Assembly: GCA_041743505.1 (NCBI GenBank)
Contig: JBGTMQ010000008.1
Location: 69,183-133,182 of the forward strand
DNA: 64,000 bases
DNA from: Candidatus Saccharimonadia bacterium
GTDB lineage: Bacteria; Patescibacteriota; Saccharimonadia; UBA4664
Reading direction: 5' to 3'
A program made the position numbers and the translations under genes. Below, in pieces: positions 1-9,409 of this stretch (its first letter is position 1; each line of letters starts with the position of its first letter). Below the pieces are notes generated by a model. That model was not told the origin of the DNA, ran no database searches, and saw only the letters and a list, made by a program, of their open reading frames with translations.

Positions 1-241
1 CCAAATTCTGCAGCTTGCGCAAGATGCAATTAAAGAAGTGACTGCGTGATCGTTCAAGCGCTCGGTCAATCCGGTCATAACCAAGATAGTACAACCCATC
101 GCCGATAGTGTCATGAATGGCAATCAACAACAAAGTCGGGTTAAGAAGGAGGCCGGCGATCAATTCGACCGCTCCAAGGCCCACAAACAACCAACCGGCC
201 CGCACCAGCGGCCGGAGACGCGGTGGGGCTGGCTGATCCAT
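1..241 (-). CDS. hypothetical membrane protein, partial (N-terminus in window, C-terminus beyond window start)
   Basis: Reverse-strand ATG at 241 gives MDQPAPPRLRPLVRAGWLFVGLGAVELIAGLL..., a hydrophobic open frame running off the window edge. Confidence 0.3.
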   Translation of the reverse strand, partial: MDQPAPPRLRPLVRAGWLFVGLGAVELIAGLLLNPTLLLIAIHDTIGDGLYYLGYDRIDRALERSRSHFFNCILRKLQNL

Positions 242-295
242 ACTGGATCCTTTCGCTAGTGTCAAAGAAACAAGCGGCCCTCACCATACCAGCAT

Positions 296-517
296 TTATC
301 GGGCCTGGCAACGCTGGGCAGCTCGCTGCAGCATATAAACTTGGCGGATCAGTAAGTTAATGCACTCATCAGGTCTCTTATTGGCAGTCATACGCTCGAT
401 ATGCCGGCGCATCGTATCTTCCCAGTGTGGTTGGCAGAGGCCTTCATAGTTCTCGCCATTTGGGCTAGCAGGTGTAATAGCATCATTAGAGCAATCAGTC
501 CGGCTACACAAGGTCAT
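296..517 (-). CDS. hypothetical small protein (73 aa), Cys/His-containing
   Basis: ORF-track frame, divergent from the ABC-F gene. No recognisable family. Confidence 0.3.
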   Translation of the reverse strand: MTLCSRTDCSNDAITPASPNGENYEGLCQPHWEDTMRRHIERMTANKRPDECINLLIRQVYMLQRAAQRCQAR

Positions 518-2282
518 GACTCCTCCTCAAATATCAATGGACTGTATCTGTATCATAGAAGGTACCATATTTAAAGAAATGTGGTATCCTCAGGGACGTA
601 TGCTTATTAACCTCATTAACATCGGCAAAATCATCGGAGCCAAAGCTCTGTACGACGGCCTGAACCTGACCATCCAGCCAGGCGAGAAAATTGGCCTCAT
701 CGGACGTAATGGCATCGGCAAGACAACCTTGCTTGGAATCATGGCCGGCACGGATTCAGACTTTAGCGGCCAAATCGATCGACGTCGCGGCCTGGTTATC
801 GCCTCAACCGCGCAGGAACATCACGGCGTCATGGACCGGCCGGTGCTTGAGTATGTCCTCGAAAACCTGCCGGAATACGCCCGGCTCAAGCACATTATGG
901 ACAGCTACCCTGAAACCATGGGCGACGATATGAAACTCATCGGCCAATATACCGACGCCCTGTCGCGCTTTGGCGAGCTGGGCTATTACGATATTGAAGC
1001 CCGCGCCCGCGCCGAATTTGAGGCCTTCCAAGTTCCCGCCGACCGTCTCGAGGGGCCCATGAACGCGCTATCCGGCGGCCAAAAGCGATTCGTGGAGCTG
1101 GTCAAGGTCACACTTAGCGACGCCGACCTGGCGCTCATCGACGAGCCCACCAACCACATGGACTATGTCGCCAAAGAAACGTTCATCAAATGGCTGGAGG
1201 CTGCTGAGCAGGCGGTCGTGGTCATTACCCATGACCGCGATGTGCTAGCCGGCGTCGACCGCATCATCGAGATGAAAGGGCATGGCATTATTAATTTCCC
1301 GGGTAACTATGAGGCCTATCTCAAGCAAAATGGCGCTTCCACTGCCAAGGACATCGATACCTATGAAAATGGCCAGAAGCGCATCATCAAGCTTGACAAG
1401 CAAATCCGGGAGGCCCGGGCCAAGAAAGCCAGCTGGAGCGGTACGGCCGACAAAACTAACCCGTTCATGCTGCTCGAGCGCCGCCTCACCAAAGAGCGCG
1501 ATGAACTCCAAACCACCCTCACCAAACCGGATTTCTGGATCGACCAGGAAACCATCGACACCATGCAAGACAAAGTGGTGGCCAAATACGACAAATACAA
1601 AACCCGCAACATCAAACTACGCACCGGAGGCGAGCACCGTCAACGCGGGCTGTTGATAGTTGACGACCTGGTCTTGGGTTATGGCGACGACCCACTATTC
1701 AAGCCGGTCAGCTTCGGGTTGGCGGTTGGTGAGCGCTTGCAAATTCACGGGCGCAATGGCGTCGGCAAGTCAACGCTCATCAAGACCATCCTCGCCACCG
1801 CCGCCAACCGCCCGTCCAGCTCACGAATCCTCGGCGGCGATCTCCAGCTCGACCCCAAGACCATCATCGGCATCTACGAGCAGGAAATCGACGCCAAATA
1901 TCTGGATCTACCACTCGGCGCCGCCATCCATCGGGTTTACGCCGACTTTGGGGTAGCAGTGACGGACCAAAGGGTCAAGCAAGTGCTGGCCGAATACTTG
2001 TTTGACCCGCAACAAGACGGCCGGCTCGAGATCCGGCGCCTCAGCGGTGGACAAAAGGCACGCTTCCAGCTCATCATCATGCTTTGTCACCAACCCAATT
2101 TACTCATTCTCGACGAGCCCACCAATCACCTCGACCTGCCAAGCATCGAGGAGCTCGAAAAAGCTCTCGACCGCTACGCCGGTGCCATTCTATATATTTC
2201 CCACGACTCGTATTTCGCCAAGAATGTCGGCGGGGAAGTGGCTCATATTGTTCCAGCGACGACAATTTCTCCTGTGGGGTAG
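516..2282 (+). CDS. ABC-F family ATPase with two tandem ABC domains and no TM domain; true start probably internal (~MLINLINIGK, near 597)
   Basis: Two Walker A sites (GRNGIGKTTLL, GRNGVGKSTLI) and two ABC signatures (LSGGQKRF, LSGGQKARF) in a single 588-aa ORF. Confidence 0.85.
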   Translation: MTPPQISMDCICIIEGTIFKEMWYPQGRMLINLINIGKIIGAKALYDGLNLTIQPGEKIGLIGRNGIGKTTLLGIMAGTDSDFSGQIDRRRGLVIASTAQEHHGVMDRPVLEYVLENLPEYARLKHIMDSYPETMGDDMKLIGQYTDALSRFGELGYYDIEARARAEFEAFQVPADRLEGPMNALSGGQKRFVELVKVTLSDADLALIDEPTNHMDYVAKETFIKWLEAAEQAVVVITHDRDVLAGVDRIIEMKGHGIINFPGNYEAYLKQNGASTAKDIDTYENGQKRIIKLDKQIREARAKKASWSGTADKTNPFMLLERRLTKERDELQTTLTKPDFWIDQETIDTMQDKVVAKYDKYKTRNIKLRTGGEHRQRGLLIVDDLVLGYGDDPLFKPVSFGLAVGERLQIHGRNGVGKSTLIKTILATAANRPSSSRILGGDLQLDPKTIIGIYEQEIDAKYLDLPLGAAIHRVYADFGVAVTDQRVKQVLAEYLFDPQQDGRLEIRRLSGGQKARFQLIIMLCHQPNLLILDEPTNHLDLPSIEELEKALDRYAGAILYISHDSYFAKNVGGEVAHIVPATTISPVG

Positions 2283-2297
2283 TGATAAGATAAGTAC

Positions 2298-3131
2298 ATG
2301 AAGATAGATAACTTTCACTCCGACGGCCATGGCCATCCAGCTGAAGACGTCGCAGGCCATATCACAGACAGCGCAGGAGGCGTTTTTGCTGTTTTTGATG
2401 GGGTAACATTGCTGCACTATGATCCATACCCGGATCCCTCACCGGCCGCTATCGCTGCCCGGCGCGCGGTTGAAGCCGTCAAGAATGGCTACCGGCACAT
2501 CGGTGACCGGAAAATCAGCGAGCGTGACATGCGAGAGCTCATGGTGCAGGCAAATGACGCTATCCAGGCCTACAATAATGAGCTCGGCACCACGCCTAAT
2601 ACAGTTGATTTCCTCCGTCGCCAATATGCTGCCGCAGTCGGAGCTGCCGTTGTGATCAGCGGCCACAATCTTCATGCCGCACAGATCAACGACACCGAGT
2701 TATGTATCCTAAACCAGGATGGAGACCGCGTTTATCATTTAGCCAGTGATAAAACAGTCTTTTATCAATACCTGCGTCATCTTCAAGAAACAGGCGCACT
2801 CTCCAAGGGCACGCCGGAGGAGCATCACTACATTCGAAGTAAACTAGTCAATCATGAAGATGTCACCTATGAAGGTCGCTCGGCCCGTTCCGGTGTATTC
2901 ACCGGCGAGCAGGTCGCCAATAACTTCATTATGACAGGTGAGTTTCGCCTTGAACCAACGATGATAGTGCTCGTCTACAGTGATGGGTTCCTGCCTCTGC
3001 TAAAACAACCCGGTTTTTGCCATCTGTTAGCTTCGGCTGATTCGGATGAAATCAACCGGTCTATTGCTCAGCTCGAGAAACACGGCGCCAAATATCGGAG
3101 CGAAAAAACTATGATTCGTATTAGGGTCTAG
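2298..3131 (+). CDS. hypothetical protein, possible PP2C/SpoIIE-like Ser/Thr phosphatase
   Basis: FAVFDGV (PP2C motif-2-like) and VLVYSDGFLPLL (PP2C C-terminal SDG motif). The match is weak. Confidence 0.45.
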   Translation: MKIDNFHSDGHGHPAEDVAGHITDSAGGVFAVFDGVTLLHYDPYPDPSPAAIAARRAVEAVKNGYRHIGDRKISERDMRELMVQANDAIQAYNNELGTTPNTVDFLRRQYAAAVGAAVVISGHNLHAAQINDTELCILNQDGDRVYHLASDKTVFYQYLRHLQETGALSKGTPEEHHYIRSKLVNHEDVTYEGRSARSGVFTGEQVANNFIMTGEFRLEPTMIVLVYSDGFLPLLKQPGFCHLLASADSDEINRSIAQLEKHGAKYRSEKTMIRIRV

Positions 3132-3169
3132 CCTTGTAATTTCGCGTTACCGTAACCATAATTATATCC

Positions 3170-4030
3170 ATGACTCCTCAGGAAGCACTCGATTACATCA
3201 ATGCCGCCCACCCCGCCAAGGCCTATACGCTAAAAGCCCAGTTTAGTGGCGGCGAAAATCAGGGCGCGTTCCTCATAGTTGCCACCGACGGTACCCGGGA
3301 CGTTCTCAAGCTCAGCCGCAACCCGCTCTGGCTCAACCAGATCAAACGGGCCAAGGCCGCCACCGATCATCTGCGACCGTTAGGTTATCCGGCCCCCACC
3401 TATGGCCTTCTGGACGCTACTGATCGCGGCAGCTTCTGGATTCAAAACGAGCTTCCAGGCGAAAAACTCGTCAACCCGACAACCGAACAAATCCAAAACC
3501 TTATCAATACCATCGAGCTTCAAAAAGACCAGGTTATCTTTGAAGTTCAAGGTCAGGATTGGTGCTGGTACATTGGCAGTGTCGTTTTTCGTGGCGAATC
3601 CGGCCACGTTCGCGTCCTCATGCAATTCTCGACCGTCACCTCGGCTCTGGTATCCCGGGTTGAAGGCCTCGTGACGGGGTTAGAAGGCAAAGTTCTACCC
3701 AAACTCGATTTGGTCCATGGCGACTATAGTATCAACCAAATCCTAGCGACCGGACCCCAAATTACAGGCGTGCTCGACTGGGATCAGGCCGGCTATGGCG
3801 ACCGCACTCAAGATTTAATCGACCTCTGGTATTCACTCATCGATCTGCCTGAGCCGCGCGATCTGGTCATGAGCCATCTCCATACAATCTCTGACCCCCA
3901 GGTTATCAAGATCTTCGCCGCCTACAAAATGCTGGCAGTTATTGCATGGCACATCAATAAGATCCATGGCGATGTCGAAACTGCAGCTGCCCAGGCTAGC
4001 ACCGCGCTCGACCTGCTCGAAGCCATCTAG
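3170..4030 (+). CDS. phosphotransferase-family (APH / choline-kinase-like) small-molecule kinase
   Basis: Catalytic loop LVHGDYSINQIL (HGDxxxxN) followed by VLDWDQAGYGD (DxD metal-binding), in a 286-aa protein. Confidence 0.7.
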   Translation: MTPQEALDYINAAHPAKAYTLKAQFSGGENQGAFLIVATDGTRDVLKLSRNPLWLNQIKRAKAATDHLRPLGYPAPTYGLLDATDRGSFWIQNELPGEKLVNPTTEQIQNLINTIELQKDQVIFEVQGQDWCWYIGSVVFRGESGHVRVLMQFSTVTSALVSRVEGLVTGLEGKVLPKLDLVHGDYSINQILATGPQITGVLDWDQAGYGDRTQDLIDLWYSLIDLPEPRDLVMSHLHTISDPQVIKIFAAYKMLAVIAWHINKIHGDVETAAAQASTALDLLEAI

Positions 4031-4050
4031 ATATGCTAGACTAAACCAGT

Positions 4051-5442
4051 ATGAGTGGTCATTTCTACTTCATTGGTATCGCAGGCCATACGATTCGGGC
4101 GGTTGCGTTAGCGGTCCGCCAGCAAGGGCATGACGTCAGTGGCCTCGATGAAACAGCCGTGCCGCCTGGCAGTGATTGGCTCGACAAACAAGGCATCCTC
4201 TGGAGCCGGACTTTCGCGCCAGAGCAACTTGATGGGGTTTCAGCCGTAATTGTAACCGGCGCGCACGCTACCGAAGATCACCCGGCCATACTTGAGGCCA
4301 AAAAGCGGGGCATCGAAATTAAATCCTGGGCTAATCTCGTTGGTGAATTAACGACTGGTAAGCGCTCGGTCGTGGTGGCCGGCACTCATGGCAAGACCAC
4401 CACAACTTCATTGATTGCCTGGATCATGGAAGGCGCTGGGCACCAACCGGATTTCTTAATTGGTATCCAGCCATTCAACTTCGACTCAAGCGTCCGTCTA
4501 ACCGGCGCAGATTTGGTAGTGATGGAAGGCGATGAATATAAGGCCTCAGAGCTTGACCCCGTTCCCAAGCTACACTACTACCATCCCGATGTGCTGGTGC
4601 TAACCTCCATCGAACATGATCATCCCGATATGTACGCCGATCTTGAAGCTGTGGTTGGTGAGTTTACTAAAGTGGTCCAGGCGCTGCCATCAGACGGACG
4701 GCTCGTCGCCTGGTCGGGTAGTGAAACCGTGAAGCACATAGCACACAAAGCTAAATGCCAGGTCATAACGTATGGATTAGAAGAAGGCGATTACATCGCC
4801 CGCAACATTACCTACCTACCGACCGGCATCGAATTCGACGTCGAAACGAGCGAAGGTGTCATTGGCCGGATGGCCGTGCCTCTGTATGGCCGGCACAATG
4901 TCCTCAACGCATTAGCGGCCATAGCCGTAGCAGTAGGGGAAGGTCTGGTGCTCGATCAGCTACTAGACCCCGCCGCGACCTTCAAAGGTGCCTACCGTCG
5001 GTTTAATATACTGACCCGTCCAAAAGACCGAGTTACGGTCATTGACGACTATGCCCATCACCCCACAGAAATCCAAACTACCATCGAGGCGGCCAAATTA
5101 CATTTTAAAAATCAGCGGCTGGTGATAGTTTTCCGGCCACACACCTACTCGCGGACCAAAGCCTTTCTTGCCGAATACCAAGCCGCCTTCGATGGTGCCG
5201 GCACCATCTATATCACCGACATCGAGGGCGACCGCGAAGCCGCGCACCGGCAAACCGTTAGCGGGGCTGATATCGTTTCCGGACTTAGTAAAACAGCCGT
5301 GTTCGAGCCGGACCGAACCAAGCTGGCCGACCGTATAGCAGCCGATGCCAGAGCCGGTGACGTAGTGATATGCATGTCAGTATCCGGTTACCAAGATATC
5401 GCACCTGAGCTAGCTAGCTGCCTGAGCGAGGAGTTAGCATGA
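4051..5442 (+). CDS. Mur ligase family, UDP-N-acetylmuramate-L-alanine ligase (MurC) or Mpl-type
   Basis: N-terminal Rossmann start HFYFIGIAG...GHDVSGLD, P-loop GTHGKTTTTSLIAWIM, 463 aa. Confidence 0.8.
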   Translation: MSGHFYFIGIAGHTIRAVALAVRQQGHDVSGLDETAVPPGSDWLDKQGILWSRTFAPEQLDGVSAVIVTGAHATEDHPAILEAKKRGIEIKSWANLVGELTTGKRSVVVAGTHGKTTTTSLIAWIMEGAGHQPDFLIGIQPFNFDSSVRLTGADLVVMEGDEYKASELDPVPKLHYYHPDVLVLTSIEHDHPDMYADLEAVVGEFTKVVQALPSDGRLVAWSGSETVKHIAHKAKCQVITYGLEEGDYIARNITYLPTGIEFDVETSEGVIGRMAVPLYGRHNVLNALAAIAVAVGEGLVLDQLLDPAATFKGAYRRFNILTRPKDRVTVIDDYAHHPTEIQTTIEAAKLHFKNQRLVIVFRPHTYSRTKAFLAEYQAAFDGAGTIYITDIEGDREAAHRQTVSGADIVSGLSKTAVFEPDRTKLADRIAADARAGDVVICMSVSGYQDIAPELASCLSEELA

Positions 5443-5864
5443 AAACCGCGTCTACCAGCGCCGGATTGATCGTTCGCCTTGAAATCGGCGACTATATCCT
5501 CAGTAGTATAGAGACGGCCTGCAGCGAACATGGTATTCACAACGCCGAGGTTACCGGCCTCGGGTCAGCCGAAAAACTCACCCTAGCCCACTATCGCCGC
5601 GATACCAAAAAGTTTACCGAGCGGCAGCTTGACGGCATTTACGAAGTTGTTTCGCTCATCGGAAACGTCAGTCTGGTAGACGGCCAGCCGTTTGCCCATT
5701 GTCACATCGCCGTCTCTGATGCGGCTATGACAGTATTTGGCGGCCATTTGGCCAGAGGCGTTTGTTCGGCCACCCTCGAACTCATGATTCGGCCGCTACC
5801 CACTGCCTTCACGAAGGCCTACGACGACGACATTGGACTCAAGCTCTGGAACCTTGCCGCTTAG
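5439..5864 (+). CDS. PPC/DUF296-domain protein (predicted DNA-binding, PD1-like)
   Basis: 141-aa protein with the GLIVRLEIGDYILSSIETACSEHGIHNAEVTGLGS pattern typical of DUF296. Overlaps the upstream stop by 4 nt. Confidence 0.55.
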   Translation: MKTASTSAGLIVRLEIGDYILSSIETACSEHGIHNAEVTGLGSAEKLTLAHYRRDTKKFTERQLDGIYEVVSLIGNVSLVDGQPFAHCHIAVSDAAMTVFGGHLARGVCSATLELMIRPLPTAFTKAYDDDIGLKLWNLAA

Positions 5865-5916
5865 AGCGATACAATAACTACCTGCACCTTAAGATACACA
5901 CAACCGAGGAGGAACA

Positions 5917-7746
5917 ATGTCACTGGCTGTAACCACAGCACAGGAGTTTGCTAATCCCAATGTCGAGCGGTTTGTCGACGCCTGGGTCAAGCACTGCCGA
6001 CCCGATGAAGTGGTCTGGTGTGATGGCAGCGAAGAAGAAGACTGGACGCTGCGCCGCCAAATGGTCCGCGCCGGCACGCTGCGACAGCTTGATCATGCCA
6101 TATGGCCAAACAGCCATCTGGCCCTGTCCGACCCTCGCGATGTTGCCAGGGTCGAGAACCGGACCTTCATCTGCACGACCAACGTAGCCGACGCCGGCCC
6201 CACCAATAACTGGATGGCGCCGGGCGAGATGCGTGCCAGCATGTGGCAGTTATTTGCCGGCAGTATGCGCGGACGCACTATGTACGTCGTGCCCTATTGC
6301 ATGGGACCGCTAGGTAGCCCGTTCTCGCGTATCAGCATTATGGTGACAGATTCGCCCTATGCCGTCGTAAGTATGCGTATCATGGCTCGAATGGGCATCG
6401 AGGTGCTCCGCGCAATGACCAAGCACGATGATTTCATCGCCGGCGTCCATTCAGTGGGGGTCCCACTTGAATCAGGCCAGCCCGACGTGCCTTGGCCCTG
6501 TAATCCGGACAACATCACCATCAGCCATTTTCCAGAGCGTCAGCAAATCTGGTCCTTCGGCTCCGGCTATGGAGGCAACGCCCTGCTCGGCAAAAAGTGC
6601 CTGGCATTGCGGCTTGGCTCAGCGGCTGCGGTCAAGGAGGGGTGGTTGGCCGAGCACATGCTTATCATTAGGGTGACAAGTCCGGAGGACAAGGTTCACT
6701 ACCTGGCGGCAGCCTTCCCGTCAGCCTGTGGCAAGACCAACTTCGCCATGATGCAACCGGCTCTTCCAGGATGGGGGATCGAAACACTAGGAGATGATAT
6801 TGCCTGGATGCGATTTGGTGACGATGGCCGTCTCTATGCGATCAACCCGGAAGCCGGATTTTTTGGGGTTGTCCCGCACACTAGTCCCCAAACCAACCCC
6901 CACATGATCGAGGCCATGGGTCGGGGCAACGTTCTGTTCACAAACGTCGCCTACACTGAAGCCGGCGATATCTGGTGGGAGGGAATCGGCCATTCGGCTC
7001 CATCAAACCTGCGCGATTGGCGTGGGCAACCATGGTGCCAAGGCCAAGACACTCCAGCGGCCCACCCCAACGCCCGGGCGGCAGTACCACTTGGCAACCT
7101 GTCAATTGCTGATGCCTACACCTGGGACGATCCCGCGGGTGTGCCGATCTCGGCAATCCTGTATGGCGGCCGGCGCCCGAACATAGTACCGCTGGTGCGG
7201 GAAGCCAGAAATTGGACGGAAGCCGTGTTCGGAGCAGCCACATTGGCGTCCGAGACTACGGCCGCTGCCGAAGGACCAATTGGCCGGTTGCGGTTCGACC
7301 CGTCGGCAATGAAACCGTTCCTCGGTTGCAATGTCGGCGATTACTACCGCCATTGGCTGGAACTGGCGAACAAAGCACCGCACCCCGGCGCACTGCCGGA
7401 AGTCTTCTTTGTCAACTGGTTCCGCAAAAACGCCGATAACCAGTTCCTCTGGCCGGGCTTCGGCGAAAACGCCCGGGTACTTGAGTGGATCTTCCGCCGG
7501 CTCGATGACCAAGTCGGCGCCCACGAGACACCCATCGGGCTCCTGCCTCACCCGGAAGATCTCAATCTGGACGGGCTCGATCTGATTCCCGAAGCTCTGG
7601 CCGAGCTCACCAGCTACAGCCCCGCAGCCTGGGCCCACGAGCTGGCGCAGTATAACGATCACCTGGATTCATTGGGTGATCGTCTGCCGGTTGAACTACA
7701 CCAGTGGCTGGAGCAGTTACGATCAGCAGTAGCAAGCGAGCAATAG
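5917..7746 (+). CDS. pckG: phosphoenolpyruvate carboxykinase (GTP)
   Basis: Kinase-1a motif AAFPSACGKTNFAMM, 609 aa, which fits the GTP-PEPCK family. Confidence 0.9.
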   Translation: MSLAVTTAQEFANPNVERFVDAWVKHCRPDEVVWCDGSEEEDWTLRRQMVRAGTLRQLDHAIWPNSHLALSDPRDVARVENRTFICTTNVADAGPTNNWMAPGEMRASMWQLFAGSMRGRTMYVVPYCMGPLGSPFSRISIMVTDSPYAVVSMRIMARMGIEVLRAMTKHDDFIAGVHSVGVPLESGQPDVPWPCNPDNITISHFPERQQIWSFGSGYGGNALLGKKCLALRLGSAAAVKEGWLAEHMLIIRVTSPEDKVHYLAAAFPSACGKTNFAMMQPALPGWGIETLGDDIAWMRFGDDGRLYAINPEAGFFGVVPHTSPQTNPHMIEAMGRGNVLFTNVAYTEAGDIWWEGIGHSAPSNLRDWRGQPWCQGQDTPAAHPNARAAVPLGNLSIADAYTWDDPAGVPISAILYGGRRPNIVPLVREARNWTEAVFGAATLASETTAAAEGPIGRLRFDPSAMKPFLGCNVGDYYRHWLELANKAPHPGALPEVFFVNWFRKNADNQFLWPGFGENARVLEWIFRRLDDQVGAHETPIGLLPHPEDLNLDGLDLIPEALAELTSYSPAAWAHELAQYNDHLDSLGDRLPVELHQWLEQLRSAVASEQ

Positions 7747-7864
7747 CCCGCCGCGTTGGTTCTTTGTCCCTATTATGGGCAAGGAATCAACGCTTTTTCT
7801 ATCAATACAAAAAAAACCCTGCCATCCGGAAAACCGGATAGAAGGGTCATGATGCGGGCTCTGT

Positions 7865-9151
7865 CTAGTTAAGCGAGATACCCATGGATGCGAGCCGGTT
7901 GCTGTAGGCAAGAGCTTGGGCTCCCTCGGTCAAGGTATGAATGTCAAACTGCCTCATAACCTTCATGACCGCCTGAAAGTCCTGACTAGCCCTGTCATGG
8001 ACTCGCTCCAAGACGGCATCCTGGTCGCCCTTGAAGTGGGCCAGCTCCAGATCCGAGCCGTAGACGCCATAAATGCTGTCGAGCCGGTCGGTCAAGTAAA
8101 TCTTCCCGTTTGCTCTCAGAATCTCCTGAGCACCCCAGGTACCGAAACCGTTGGCCGGGCCGGCCACCAGGTCTGCTTGAACCAAGTTTGCATTGTCGAC
8201 CGTAAGAATGTTCTCCTTGGATGCGACTGCTAGGAGAACAGCATTCAAGCCGAGCCATTCCTCGTCATCAACCATGGTAGTGTCCCGGAAGCCAGCGACA
8301 CTACCCGTCACCTTCGTGTGCCGGGACAGATCATCGACATCAATGTTCGATTTCGACTTGATATTGCCCCATTCGTCTGCCACACCGACAATACGGCAGC
8401 CCCAGCGCTGCAGGAAGCGGGCCATAACCTGGCCGGCCTTACCGAACCCGTGGACGATGACCGGTGTTCCGAATTCCAATGGCATGCCATAGTGGCCGGC
8501 AGCCAGGTGCGCCATAACAGCGGCACCGTAACCGGTACATAGGCTTTGACCCGGCAACGCGCCGGGCTTGCCGGTAACACCGTCGGGGCCGACGATTTCA
8601 GCCATCACAGCCATATGCTCAGGCTTACTACCCAGGTCGGTGGCCGCAACGTACGTTGAACCAAGAATATCCCGGAAGCAAACGGCAAATCCACGAGCCA
8701 CGCCCACCAGCTCAGCAGGCGTGTAATGGTTGGCGTCAATTGGCACTCCGCTCTTGCCACCTTCTTTGTAAATGCCGAGGACATCGGCCTTATCAAGCAT
8801 GCCCCGACTCAGGAAACACATTTCTGGGCCGGTTACGCTCGTATCGAGCCGCCAACCGCCCTTATAAACGCCTTGGAGCCGCAGACAGTCATGCCATGGG
8901 TCGTAGGCCGAGGACAGAGCTACCAGGCCGGTCATCTCCTCACCAAACGGCTGCAGATGCTCGTCGAGCGCACGGAATTGGCGTTCCAGCAACTCAGTCT
9001 TACCGGTGACGGCCATTCGCTGCTCAGCATTAAGGCCCATTTTGGCGATCACCCGACTACTCAGTTCATCAGCATCTTGGATCAGGACTTCACCGCTTGC
9101 GATGTCGTCGGCGCGGACGGGTCCGGGTCCGGTCAGCAGACTGGACATCAT
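7865..9151 (-). CDS. Glu/Leu/Phe/Val dehydrogenase family (glutamate dehydrogenase-like)
   Basis: 428 aa; Gly-rich substrate region (KEGGKSG) and dinucleotide-binding HGFGKAGQV motif. Family-level call only. Confidence 0.65.
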   Translation of the reverse strand: MMSSLLTGPGPVRADDIASGEVLIQDADELSSRVIAKMGLNAEQRMAVTGKTELLERQFRALDEHLQPFGEEMTGLVALSSAYDPWHDCLRLQGVYKGGWRLDTSVTGPEMCFLSRGMLDKADVLGIYKEGGKSGVPIDANHYTPAELVGVARGFAVCFRDILGSTYVAATDLGSKPEHMAVMAEIVGPDGVTGKPGALPGQSLCTGYGAAVMAHLAAGHYGMPLEFGTPVIVHGFGKAGQVMARFLQRWGCRIVGVADEWGNIKSKSNIDVDDLSRHTKVTGSVAGFRDTTMVDDEEWLGLNAVLLAVASKENILTVDNANLVQADLVAGPANGFGTWGAQEILRANGKIYLTDRLDSIYGVYGSDLELAHFKGDQDAVLERVHDRASQDFQAVMKVMRQFDIHTLTEGAQALAYSNRLASMGISLN

Positions 9152-9409
9152 ACCTTCTCTCGGATAGCAGGGTTTCTGGCCATTACTTCATTAACTGCAC
9201 ACACGTTGCACAATATGTGCAATAATGACTTCATTACTCTACCACTCCCAGCCTAATATGACAACTCCCAGTGACACTTTTGACACTTTCGTTTATATAC
9301 CTCAGCTTGATAAGGCTATCAAAATACTTTAGAATAACATCAACCAGTGCGCTCGGCGCTGTTTTGTTTTGCGCCGAATCTAACTAATCAAAGGATTTCA
9401 TTCACTACC

